This document shows positions 17,889 to 26,258 of a DNA stretch of 64,000 bases, piece after piece; positions within the stretch are counted from its first letter, which is position 1, and every line of letters begins with the position of its first letter. The stretch spans positions 2,343 to 66,342 of the forward strand of contig DATJUJ010000030.1 of NCBI GenBank assembly GCA_035502475.1, written 5' to 3'. The position numbers and the translations under genes are program-made. Source of the DNA: Thermoplasmata archaeon (GTDB lineage Archaea; Thermoplasmatota; Thermoplasmata; Lutacidiplasmatales; UBA184). The notes beneath the pieces were generated by a model. It saw nothing but the letters and a program-made list of their open reading frames with translations. It searched no databases and was not told where the DNA came from.

Positions 17889-19910
17889 GTGCGCCCGGGC
17901 CAGGAGGCGATCCTCCGGGAGGTCGGCGCGGTCGTGGAGCGCGGAGGCCCGCTCCTCATCAACGCGCCGACGGGCAGCGGCAAGACCGTCGCGACCCTGG
18001 CCCCCCTGCTCGAGCACGCCGTCCGGGCCGACCATCGGATCCTCTACCTCGTGCGCACGCATTCCCAGGAGGTCCAGGTCCTCCACGAGGCCCGCACGAT
18101 CGCCCACCGACTCGACCGCCCGGTCCTCGCGGTCGGCCTCCAGGGCCGGGCGCGGCGCTGCTTCCTGCTCGAGAACGTGGCCGAGGTCAAGGGGGCCACC
18201 GCGGAGGAGCACGGAAAGCTGTGCGCGGACCGGAAGCGGGCGACCGAGCGGGTGATGCGGGGCGAGGCGCCCGGACCGTCCGCCCCCGAGCTCCCCGAGG
18301 GCGGGGAGATCGACCTGACCGACCTGGACGGGTGCCCCTACTACGCCCGGGTCCTCCAGACCGAGCTCGATCCGCTGGTCGCCCGGTTCGAGGAGCAGCT
18401 CCCGTCCCCGCACGAGTTCGAGCGGTTCGCGCGCGACGAGAACCTGTGCGCGTACGAGCTCTCGAAGCGGCTCGTGCCCCGGGCCCACCTCGTCACCGCG
18501 CCGTACGCCTTCTTCTTCCACCCGCACATCCGACGCTCGCTCCTCGACTGGATGGGCGTGGGCCCGGACCGGATCGACCTCGTCGTCGACGAGGCCCACA
18601 ACCTGCCCGCCCACCTCCGGGAGCTCTCGAGCGTCTCCCTGCCCCAGGAGTCCGTCCGCCGGGCCCGGACCGAGGTCGCGGAGCGGGGCGATTTCCAGCT
18701 CCCGGACGGCCCGAGCGCGACACGCTTCTTCGACATCGTCGGCGCCGCCGTGGAGGAGCTGATCCAGGCGCTCGCCCGGGACGATGACGCGGTCCTGCCC
18801 CCGAACGTCTTCGAGGACGCGTTGCTGACCGCGATCGGCGGCACGAGCCACCGCTACGATACGTGGCTCGGCGCCCTCGCCACGTGGGGCGAGAACCTCA
18901 AGGAGGAGCGCCGTCGCGAGCGGCACCTCCCGCGCTCGTGGGTCCATACCGTCGCGCTCACGCTCCTCTCGTGGCCCCAGCTCGAGGCCCCGACCTACGC
19001 GAAGGTCGCGACGCGCCTCCCCCGTCCCGCGCTCGAGGCGTTCGCGCTGGACGCGAGCGGGCCCGCGCGACCGGTCCTGGACTGTCACCTTTCCGTCCAC
19101 CTCTCCGGGACCCTGGCTCCGCTCGCCGAGTACCGCGACGCCCTCGGGCTCGGCGCGGGGGCCCGGCTCCTCGACGTCCCCTCCCACTTCCCGGCCGAGC
19201 ACCGACGCTTCCTCTACGATCCTTCCGTCACCACCCGCTTCGAGGACCTGCGGAGCGATCCCCGGGCGATCGCCCGGCTCGCGGACCGGCTCGTCGAGGT
19301 CCTCCAGACCCTCCCGGTCAAGACCGCCGTCTTCTTCCCGAGCTTCGAGCTGATGCAGAAGGTCCTCGAGGCTGGCCTCCAGTCGCAGCTCCCCGGCAAC
19401 GTCTTCATCGAGTACTCGAAGATCCCGATGGGCGACCTCTGGCGCTCGATCGAGGGCTGGAAGAAGGACCCGGAGGGGACGATCCTCCTCGGGGTCGCGG
19501 GCGGTCGGCTCTCGGAGGGGATCGACTACCCCGACGAGGAGCTCGAGGCGGTGGTGATGGTCGGCATCCCGTACCCGCGACCGACCGCGAAGCGCGAGGC
19601 GCTGCGCCGATACCTCGACGCGACGACGGGGAAGGGCTGGGAGTACACGGTGCAGGCCCCGGCGCAGCGGTCGATCCTCCAGGCGTGCGGCCGCATGATC
19701 CGTTCGGAGCACGACCGGGGGATCGCGATCGTGCTCGACCGGCGGGCCCCGGCGTTCGCGTCGGTGCTCCCCGGCCTGGAACCGATCGGCGATCTCGCGG
19801 CGACCACCCGCGCGTTCTACGGCCGGCGCGCCCGCTGGTCCCGCTCCCCCCGCCGACCCCCGGACCCCGATGCCTCCGCCGAGCCCCCCGCCGCGGGACA
19901 CAATCCATAA
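17889..19910 (+). CDS. xpd: XPD/Rad3-type 5'-3' DNA helicase (DinG superfamily) with an Fe-S domain.
   Basis: Walker A APTGSGKT, DEAH box VVDEAHNL. Fe-S cysteines occur in RRCF...KLCADRK...CPYYAR...NLCAYE. The protein is 673 aa. Confidence 0.85.
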   Translation: MRPGQEAILREVGAVVERGGPLLINAPTGSGKTVATLAPLLEHAVRADHRILYLVRTHSQEVQVLHEARTIAHRLDRPVLAVGLQGRARRCFLLENVAEVKGATAEEHGKLCADRKRATERVMRGEAPGPSAPELPEGGEIDLTDLDGCPYYARVLQTELDPLVARFEEQLPSPHEFERFARDENLCAYELSKRLVPRAHLVTAPYAFFFHPHIRRSLLDWMGVGPDRIDLVVDEAHNLPAHLRELSSVSLPQESVRRARTEVAERGDFQLPDGPSATRFFDIVGAAVEELIQALARDDDAVLPPNVFEDALLTAIGGTSHRYDTWLGALATWGENLKEERRRERHLPRSWVHTVALTLLSWPQLEAPTYAKVATRLPRPALEAFALDASGPARPVLDCHLSVHLSGTLAPLAEYRDALGLGAGARLLDVPSHFPAEHRRFLYDPSVTTRFEDLRSDPRAIARLADRLVEVLQTLPVKTAVFFPSFELMQKVLEAGLQSQLPGNVFIEYSKIPMGDLWRSIEGWKKDPEGTILLGVAGGRLSEGIDYPDEELEAVVMVGIPYPRPTAKREALRRYLDATTGKGWEYTVQAPAQRSILQACGRMIRSEHDRGIAIVLDRRAPAFASVLPGLEPIGDLAATTRAFYGRRARWSRSPRRPPDPDASAEPPAAGHNP

Positions 19911-19936
19911 GAGGGCCCAACGGAACTCGCCGCCCC

Positions 19937-20914
19937 GTGATCATCACCCGGACGCCGCTCCGCGTGAGCTTCGCCGGCGGGGGGACCGATCTGCCGTCGT
20001 TCTACCGGGCGTTCGGCGGGGGCGCCGTCACGAGCGCGGCGATCGACAAGTACGTGCACGTGCTCGTGAACGAGAAGTTCGACCGGTCGATCCGGGTCGC
20101 GTACTCGCGGACCGAGAACGTCGAGCGGCTCGAGGACCTCCAGCACGGGCTCGTCCGCGAGGCGATGCGCGCCGCCGACGTCCGCGAGGCGCTCGAGGTC
20201 CACACGATCGCGGACATCCCGTCGGAGGGGACCGGTCTCGGCTCCTCGTCGACGCTCACCGTCGGCCTCCTGAACGCGCTCTACGCCCACCGCGGGGTCC
20301 TCAAGGATCCCGCCGAGCTCGCCCAGGAGGCGAGCCGGATCGAGATCGAGCAGCTCGGCGGCACCCTGGGCAAGCAGGACCACTACATCGCGGCGTTCGG
20401 CGGGGTCCAGTACCTGGACTTCCACGCGGACGACTCCGTCCGGGCCTCGCCGATCCCGATCTCGACCGCCGATCGCGAGGCGCTGAGCGACCACCTGTCG
20501 CTGTTCTACACGGGCGTCACGCGGCGGGCGGAGGGCATCCTGAAGGACCAGGACGCCCGGACCGCGGACAATCAGAGCGCGCTCCTCCGGATCCGGGAGC
20601 TCGCCGGGGAGGCCCGCTCCGCGATCGTGGGCCGGGACTACGAGCGCCTGGGCGCCGTCCTCGACGAAGGCTGGCGGCTGAAGCGCGGGCTCGCGCCCGC
20701 GATCTCGAACGAGGCGATCGACCGGCAGTACGCCGCCGCGCGGGCGGCCGGCGCCTTCGGGGGCAAGATCACGGGCGCCGGTGGGGGCGGGTTTCTCCTC
20801 CTCTTGCACCCGCCCGAACGGAGCCGTCAAATAGCGGCCGCCCTGTCGCCGATGCAGCGCCTCCCCGTGCGGATCACTCCGGAGGGTTCGCGGATCCTGT
20901 TCGTAGGTCGATGA
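19937..20914 (+). CDS. hddA: GHMP kinase of the D-glycero-D-manno-heptose 7-phosphate kinase (HddA) type.
   Basis: GTG start 26 nt after the xpd stop. N-terminus IITRTPLRVSFAGGGTDLP. GHMP motif PSEGTGLGSSSTLTVGLLNAL. The stop overlaps the gmhA ATG (ATGA). Confidence 0.7.
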   Translation: MIITRTPLRVSFAGGGTDLPSFYRAFGGGAVTSAAIDKYVHVLVNEKFDRSIRVAYSRTENVERLEDLQHGLVREAMRAADVREALEVHTIADIPSEGTGLGSSSTLTVGLLNALYAHRGVLKDPAELAQEASRIEIEQLGGTLGKQDHYIAAFGGVQYLDFHADDSVRASPIPISTADREALSDHLSLFYTGVTRRAEGILKDQDARTADNQSALLRIRELAGEARSAIVGRDYERLGAVLDEGWRLKRGLAPAISNEAIDRQYAAARAAGAFGGKITGAGGGGFLLLLHPPERSRQIAAALSPMQRLPVRITPEGSRILFVGR

Positions 20915-21513
20915 CCGACACCTCCTCGCTCGATCCGTACTTCCGGGAGTACGTCGCCGAGGCGAAGGCGACGCTGGACGCCCCGTATCTGCTGCACGCG
21001 CTCCAGCGGATCGTCCCGATCTTCCTCAAGGCCCGCGACGACGACCGGACGATCTTCTTCCTCGGCAACGGCGGCAGCGCGTCCACGGCCTCCCACTTCG
21101 TGGTCGACATCGCGAAGGGGACCCGGTCGTCCCTCGCGCCCGGGGGCGAAGGCCCGAAGCGGTTCCGCTGCCTCGCGCTCAACGACAATGTCCCGTCGGT
21201 GATGGCCTGGGCGAACGACGCGGACTACTCGCGCGTCTTCGCCGAGCAGCTCCGCAACCTCGCGGTCCGCGGCGACGTCCTCGTCGCGATCTCGGGCAGC
21301 GGCAACTCGCCGAACGTCCTCGAGGCCGTGCGCGCCGCGCAGGCGATCGGGCTCACGACGATCGGGCTCACCGGGATCGGCGGCGGGAAGCTCAAGGAGA
21401 TGGTCGACGTCCCCCTCGTGGTCCCGTCCCAGAGCATGCAGCACACCGAGGACGTGCACCTCATCGTCCTCCATCTCCTGACGGCGTACCTCCGGGACCG
21501 GCAGGCGGTGTGA
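20911..21513 (+). CDS. gmhA: Phosphoheptose isomerase (SIS domain, GmhA-like).
   Basis: SIS motifs FFLGNGGSASTASHF, VAISGSGNSPN and a downstream HLIVLH stretch in a 200-aa protein. Confidence 0.75.
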   Translation: MTDTSSLDPYFREYVAEAKATLDAPYLLHALQRIVPIFLKARDDDRTIFFLGNGGSASTASHFVVDIAKGTRSSLAPGGEGPKRFRCLALNDNVPSVMAWANDADYSRVFAEQLRNLAVRGDVLVAISGSGNSPNVLEAVRAAQAIGLTTIGLTGIGGGKLKEMVDVPLVVPSQSMQHTEDVHLIVLHLLTAYLRDRQAV

Positions 21514-22355
21514 CGATCGTCCGCGTCCGGGACTACATGGTGCTCGAGGTCGAGCACCTCCGGGAGACCGAATCGGTCGCCCAGGCGATCGCCCGGCTCC
21601 TCCAGGGGCGGCACCACGGCCTCCCGGTGACCGACCACGCGGGCCGGCTGGTCGGCTTCGTCAGCGCCAAGGAGCTCCTCCGGCACGCCGGCGAGTCCGA
21701 CACCCCGATCGCCCGCATCATCCGGCCCGGCACGTACACCGCGAGCCCCGAGACCGGGCTCGACGACGCCGCCCGGATCATGTTCCGCTTCGGGCTCCGC
21801 GACCTCCCGATCATCGACGACCGCGGGAAGTTGTGCGGGCTCCTCGCCAACCTCGACGTGGTGCGCTCGCACTTCGAGCGGGCCTCGCCGGCCAAGGCGG
21901 ACACGCTGAAGCGGCTCCTGAGCGAGCGCTACGGCCTCCCGTTCTCGTTCCACCGGGGACTCGTTCCGATCGACCGGCTCACCCCCACGCAGTGGAAGGT
22001 CTTCGAGGACGAGCTCGAGGGCCGCCGCTACGAGCTCGAGCGCGGGTTCGCGGAACCGGTCCTCGTCGTCCAGAAGGGCGACGCGTGGATCCTCGTCGAC
22101 GGGCACCACCGGGCCCTGGCGGCGCGCGAGATGGGCCTCACCCAGCTGCAGGCGTTCGTCCTCACCGCGGACCGGCCCGAGGAGTTCGCCCGGCAGGAGA
22201 CCGGCTTCGAGCGCCTCGCGGCCGAACACCACCTGCGCACCGTCGACGACATCGAGATCGACTCGTCCACTCACCACCCGCTGGTCGAGGTGACGACGCA
22301 GCTCATCCGACGCTTCGAACCGCGCGCGACCCGCGATCCCGCGCGCAGCGAGTAG
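21510..22355 (+). CDS. Fusion of a CBS-domain pair and a ParB/sulfiredoxin-like nuclease domain.
   Basis: The GTG start overlaps the gmhA stop (GTGA). Two N-terminal CBS repeats are present (VTDHAGRLVGFVSAKELL; IIDDRGKLCGLLANLDVV). The C-terminal ParBc motif reads VLVVQKGDAWILVDGHHRALAAREMG. The protein is 281 aa. Confidence 0.7.
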   Translation: MTIVRVRDYMVLEVEHLRETESVAQAIARLLQGRHHGLPVTDHAGRLVGFVSAKELLRHAGESDTPIARIIRPGTYTASPETGLDDAARIMFRFGLRDLPIIDDRGKLCGLLANLDVVRSHFERASPAKADTLKRLLSERYGLPFSFHRGLVPIDRLTPTQWKVFEDELEGRRYELERGFAEPVLVVQKGDAWILVDGHHRALAAREMGLTQLQAFVLTADRPEEFARQETGFERLAAEHHLRTVDDIEIDSSTHHPLVEVTTQLIRRFEPRATRDPARSE

Positions 22356-22421
22356 GGGGCCCGGTCCTCCCGGTCGCAACCGGGGGAATAAGAAACCGGC
22401 CCGGCTCGCTGCCCCGAAGCG

Positions 22422-23420
22422 ATGGTCGCGTTCGGGCTCCCGCCCCTCGAGGTCAACGCCTCGCTCGCGTGGTTCGTCGTCATCGCCCTCTCGATGATCG
22501 CGATCACGGTGTTCGTGCTGGGGAAGGTCCTGCCGGTCCGGGGCCGCCCCCCGCTCGTCACCCAGGCGCTCCTCGCCCTCGTGGTCGTCTTCAGCGGCAG
22601 CACGCTGCTGCTCGCCCTCCTGTTCGTCTTCATCAACCCCAACGGGACCGCCTCGTGGACGTGGGTCCTCCTCGCGTTCAACTTCATGATGATGGGCCCG
22701 GCGGGGACCTGGTTCATCGGTCTCATTGTCTTCCGCGATCGCCGCATCGTGGCGACCGCTTGGGAGTGGCCGGTGGCGATCGCCGTCGTGACGACCGCCT
22801 CCGAGGTCACGATGGGCGTGCTGTTCGCCATCGCCGGCACCCCGAGCGCCGCGGCGCTCGACCTGTTCGCGACCGGCCTCACTTCGATCTGGTTCTTCTG
22901 GTCGATGTCGGCGATCATGCTCGCGCTCGTCCTCTGGGCCCCCCTGCGTCCGCTCGAGCGGGACGCCCTGTTCGCGCTCGCCGTCTCGGGCGTGCTCGGG
23001 CCCTGGGTGACCGCGTACCCGACGGTCGGCGGGCTCGCGATGGGCGGGCTCATGACCGCCGTCTTCCTGCTCCTCGTCCGACGCTTGGCGCGGCCCGGGG
23101 GCCTCGGTTCCGCCGCCGAGCTGAGCCTGCTCTACGGGCTCGCGGCCGCGTTCCTCGCGACCGCGCTCTCGGGCTTCTTCGTCGCCGTCGCGCAGGGGTC
23201 CGCGGTCGCGGACGTCACGTTCGGGACCGTGATGGCGGTCGTCATGTCGGTCGAGATCGCGTACCTGTTCCGGCGGTTCTACCGGGGCATCCCGGGCGCA
23301 CCGGTGCTCGCCCGGACCCCCGACGACGACGAGCTCGCGGAGGACCGGGCCGCCCCGACGATCGCGTCCGAGCCCGCCGTCGCGGCGGGCCCCCTGCCGC
23401 CTCCGGCGCTCGAGCGCTAG
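22422..23420 (+). CDS. Integral membrane protein of unknown function at the upstream edge of the respiratory cluster.
   Basis: The 332-aa protein has about 8 TM helices (FMMMGPAGTWFIGLIVF...) and an acidic C-terminal tail. Confidence 0.5.
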   Translation: MVAFGLPPLEVNASLAWFVVIALSMIAITVFVLGKVLPVRGRPPLVTQALLALVVVFSGSTLLLALLFVFINPNGTASWTWVLLAFNFMMMGPAGTWFIGLIVFRDRRIVATAWEWPVAIAVVTTASEVTMGVLFAIAGTPSAAALDLFATGLTSIWFFWSMSAIMLALVLWAPLRPLERDALFALAVSGVLGPWVTAYPTVGGLAMGGLMTAVFLLLVRRLARPGGLGSAAELSLLYGLAAAFLATALSGFFVAVAQGSAVADVTFGTVMAVVMSVEIAYLFRRFYRGIPGAPVLARTPDDDELAEDRAAPTIASEPAVAAGPLPPPALER

Positions 23421-23489
23421 GCCCGGCGAGGGATTCGTACACAGCGCATATCAACCGAGCCCAGGTCCCGGCCGCCGTCAGGGTCGACC

Positions 23490-24527
23490 GTGACCGAATC
23501 CCTCCGTGGACGACCGTCCGGTCCGTGGCGCCGCGCCCTGCCGTGGTTCGTCGCGGCGCTCCTCCTCGCGACGGTCGGCGTGCCCTCGGCCGCCGCGACG
23601 CTCCCCTACGTCCGGTCCGGGACCACGGTCGGCTACGGGACGACCGCCTCCTCGACGCTGACGGTCACGATCAACATGACCGACGCCCCGGCCTATGCGC
23701 CCGCCTACGCGAACGTGCCGCAGGGGACCCAAGTGACGTTCGTGCTCGTGAACCAGGGCAACTACTCTCACTCGTTCACGATGACGACGCAGCCCAGCTA
23801 CCGGATCCCGTCGAACTACACGCCCGGGCAGCTCAACGCCTTCTTCGCGAAGAACGGCTCGCTCGCGAACGTGACGGTCGCCCCCGGTACGACGGGGTAT
23901 GCGAACGTGTCGTTCGACGCCGCGGACGCGCTCCGCTCCTTCGAGTTCGTCTCGATCGTCCCGTACCAGTTCCAGGCGGGGATGCTCGGGTTCGTGAACG
24001 TCACCTCGACCGGCCCGGGAGTCCTCCTGCAGGAAGGGACGATCAACGCGCCCGGATTCTCGCCGAACCAGCTCGCCGCCAACGCCTCGACGTTCCCGAT
24101 CGTGCTCGACGTCCTGGTCACCAACCTGGGGACCCTGCCGCACACGTTCACGGTCGTCCCGCAGTCCAACGTCACCATCACGCCGGCCAACTTCACGACC
24201 TACTTCCAGCAGCACGCCCCGCTCGCGAGCGCGAACGTGCCCGCCTCGACCGGAGGGACGGTCTGGGCCAACTTCACCGTCTTCGCCGCGGGCGTCTACA
24301 TGTACATCTGCGAGGTGCCGGGCCACTTCGCGGACGGCATGGAAGGCTTCCTCTACGTCGGGGTCCCGCCGCCGCCGCCCGCGCCGACCCCGTCGACCGC
24401 GATCGTGGAGGTCTGGGTCCTCGTGGGGTCGGCGGTGCTGCTCGGGATCGGGGTCGTCGTGACCGCGGTCGCCTCGTTCGCGGGTCGGTTCCCGGCCCCG
24501 CCCCGGTCCCCCGGTCACGGGCACTGA
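23490..24527 (+). CDS. Secreted, C-terminally membrane-anchored two-domain cupredoxin (sulfocyanin/halocyanin-like).
   Basis: N-terminal signal peptide. The second domain has an intact type-1 Cu site (LPHTF...YICEVPGHFADGM). The first cupredoxin-like domain lacks the Cys ligand. There are at least 10 N-x-S/T sequons and a C-terminal TM helix. The protein is 345 aa. Confidence 0.7.
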   Translation: MTESLRGRPSGPWRRALPWFVAALLLATVGVPSAAATLPYVRSGTTVGYGTTASSTLTVTINMTDAPAYAPAYANVPQGTQVTFVLVNQGNYSHSFTMTTQPSYRIPSNYTPGQLNAFFAKNGSLANVTVAPGTTGYANVSFDAADALRSFEFVSIVPYQFQAGMLGFVNVTSTGPGVLLQEGTINAPGFSPNQLAANASTFPIVLDVLVTNLGTLPHTFTVVPQSNVTITPANFTTYFQQHAPLASANVPASTGGTVWANFTVFAAGVYMYICEVPGHFADGMEGFLYVGVPPPPPAPTPSTAIVEVWVLVGSAVLLGIGVVVTAVASFAGRFPAPPRSPGHGH

Positions 24528-24608
24528 GCGGGAGGGCCGGTCCCTCCGGAGGAGGGACCTCGGGGCGCACGCGCCCGTGCCCGGCACGAGCGTGGCCGAT
24601 GATCGCGT

Positions 24609-25076
24609 CTACGTGACCACGAGGAACGACCGCATCGTCCCGTGGTACTCGCCGCAGAACTCTGTGCACTGGATGAGATACTCGGTGCCCGCCGCCACGC
24701 TCGGCACGTTGAACGCGAACTGGTTGGTCCGGCCGGGGATCGCGTCGATGCGGACGCCGAGCTGGGGAATGTTGAACGAATGGATCACGTCGGCGCCGGT
24801 GACGTTGATCTGCACGACGGCTCCCGGGGGCGCCCATAACGCCCCGCCGGAGACCGTATTGTTGGTGGCGTCGTACGTCGAGTTGAAGCAGCCGACCTTG
24901 GACTCGTTCGCGTAGCAGAACTCCCAGTACCACTGATGACCGATGACCGTCACGTACTCGGTCGGGTCGCTGGGCAGCGCGTCCAACTGGTAGAGGAGGA
25001 CCGTCGAGTAGGCGGCGACCCCCGCGAGGAGGACCACGACCGCGAGCGTCCACGCCACCTCGAGCTTGTTAACCAT
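24609..25076 (-). CDS. coxB: Cytochrome c oxidase subunit II (CuA cupredoxin) with a single TM helix as annotated.
   Basis: CuA ligand motif HSFNIPQLG...CTEFCGEYHGTM. The protein is 155 aa and begins with one TM helix (VAWTLAVVVLLAGVAAY). Confidence 0.85.
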   Translation of the reverse strand: MVNKLEVAWTLAVVVLLAGVAAYSTVLLYQLDALPSDPTEYVTVIGHQWYWEFCYANESKVGCFNSTYDATNNTVSGGALWAPPGAVVQINVTGADVIHSFNIPQLGVRIDAIPGRTNQFAFNVPSVAAGTEYLIQCTEFCGEYHGTMRSFLVVT

Positions 25077-25236
25077 ACCGTCTCCGCCGGTTGTTGGGGT
25101 CGCGGAACTTGACCACCGAGTACGCGAGGAAGGCGAACGTGATGATCGCCCCGGCGACGCTGATGCCGATCAGCAGCCAGAGGAGGTCGTTCGTCTGTTG
25201 GAGGTTCGTCTCGCCCCCGGCCAGGAGCGTCGGCAC
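25069..25236 (-). CDS. Either a 55-aa single-TM micro-ORF (subunit IIa-like) or the frameshifted N-terminal TM1 of coxB.
   Basis: The sequence reads (GTG)PTLLAGGETNLQQTNDLLWLLIGISVAGAIITFAFLAYSVVKFRDPNNRRRRYG*. It ends 8 nt inside the coxB start, offset by +/-1 nt. It resembles TM1 of canonical two-helix subunit II. Confidence 0.35.
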   Translation of the reverse strand: MPTLLAGGETNLQQTNDLLWLLIGISVAGAIITFAFLAYSVVKFRDPNNRRRRYG

Positions 25237-25428
25237 GGCGGCGGGCACCGCGAGCGCGACGGCGACGCGGCGCACGGCGCCCGGGACGCTCACGCCCCGG
25301 AAGGGGTGGGAGCCGCTACATATTTTCGCCGTACGAACCGCACGAGGGGTCGCTCGCCGGCCCGACGAGCTCCCGCGCCGCGCGGCGACGCAGGTGTTCA
25401 TACGGAGGGGCTTTGAATCCGACCCACG

Positions 25429-26187
25429 GTGCGGCCAGCGGTCGGGATGCTGGATCGATCGGCGCGACAGCGGGTCGCGGCGCTGCTGGTGGTGTTCGCC
25501 CTCGTGCTCTCGGGGCTCGCCGTCCTCCTGGTCGTGGTGCCCGTGCGGGCGCAGACGGTCGACGCGAGCGGGGCGACCTCGTTCGCGGTCACAGCGATCT
25601 CGACGACCGGCGGCTTCAGCCCGAACACGATCCAGAACCTCGCCTCCGGGACCAACATCACCGTGATGTTCACCGATGCGGACTCCATCGCCCACACCTT
25701 CACGATCTGGGGCGTGCAGGGCACGGTCATCCCCAACCCCCAGTCGGTCGATCCCGGCACGCTCGAGAAGATGGTGTACGGGAACCCGAGCGCTCCGCTC
25801 GTGAACGTGAACTTGACGGGCAGCGACCAGCAGTCCATGGTCTTCTCCGTGAACGCGACGCCCGGATGGTACGAGTTCATGTGCATGGAGCCGGGGCACT
25901 TCCAGTCCGGGATGTACGGGTTCATCGCCTTCGGCGAACCGCTCCCGTCGAACCTCTCGGTCTCCTCGCCGAACACGGGCCCCGGGGCCGCGGTCTTCAT
26001 CATCGTCGGGACGATCGTCTCGCTGACGGTGATCGCGATCGTGCTCGGGTTCGTGGTCGGACGGCGCCGCGGCTCCGAGTTCGAGATGCCGCCCGAACGC
26101 CTCGGCTACCCCGAGCCGACGACCCCCGGCGGACCCGCGCCGACCGGCGAGGAACGCCCGCCGTCCGAGGGACCGCCGAACCCCTAA
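25429..26187 (+). CDS. Membrane-anchored type-1 blue copper protein (cupredoxin).
   Basis: N-terminal signal/TM segment. Cu ligands AHTF...CMEPGHFQSGM. C-terminal TM helix and Pro-rich acidic tail. An alternative ATG lies at 25447. It is divergent from coxB across about 350 bp. Confidence 0.75.
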   Translation: MRPAVGMLDRSARQRVAALLVVFALVLSGLAVLLVVVPVRAQTVDASGATSFAVTAISTTGGFSPNTIQNLASGTNITVMFTDADSIAHTFTIWGVQGTVIPNPQSVDPGTLEKMVYGNPSAPLVNVNLTGSDQQSMVFSVNATPGWYEFMCMEPGHFQSGMYGFIAFGEPLPSNLSVSSPNTGPGAAVFIIVGTIVSLTVIAIVLGFVVGRRRGSEFEMPPERLGYPEPTTPGGPAPTGEERPPSEGPPNP

Positions 26188-26258
26188 AGTGCGACGCAAC
26201 GCTCAAATGCCTCGCCCCGTATCGCCTACGGACCTTGTAGTAGGTTTGGGGCAACCGA

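Noticed and set aside
17328-19901. An 857-aa minus-strand ORF across xpd.
   Set aside because: It is an antisense shadow of the XPD helicase gene, with extreme Arg/Gly/Asp/Glu content and no motifs.
21833-24616. A 927-aa plus-strand ORF spanning the CBS-ParB 3' end through the two-domain cupredoxin.
   Set aside because: It is an alternative frame of real genes, Arg/Pro/Gly/Asp-rich. The membrane protein and cupredoxin frames carry the real signals (TM helices, Cu ligands, sequons).
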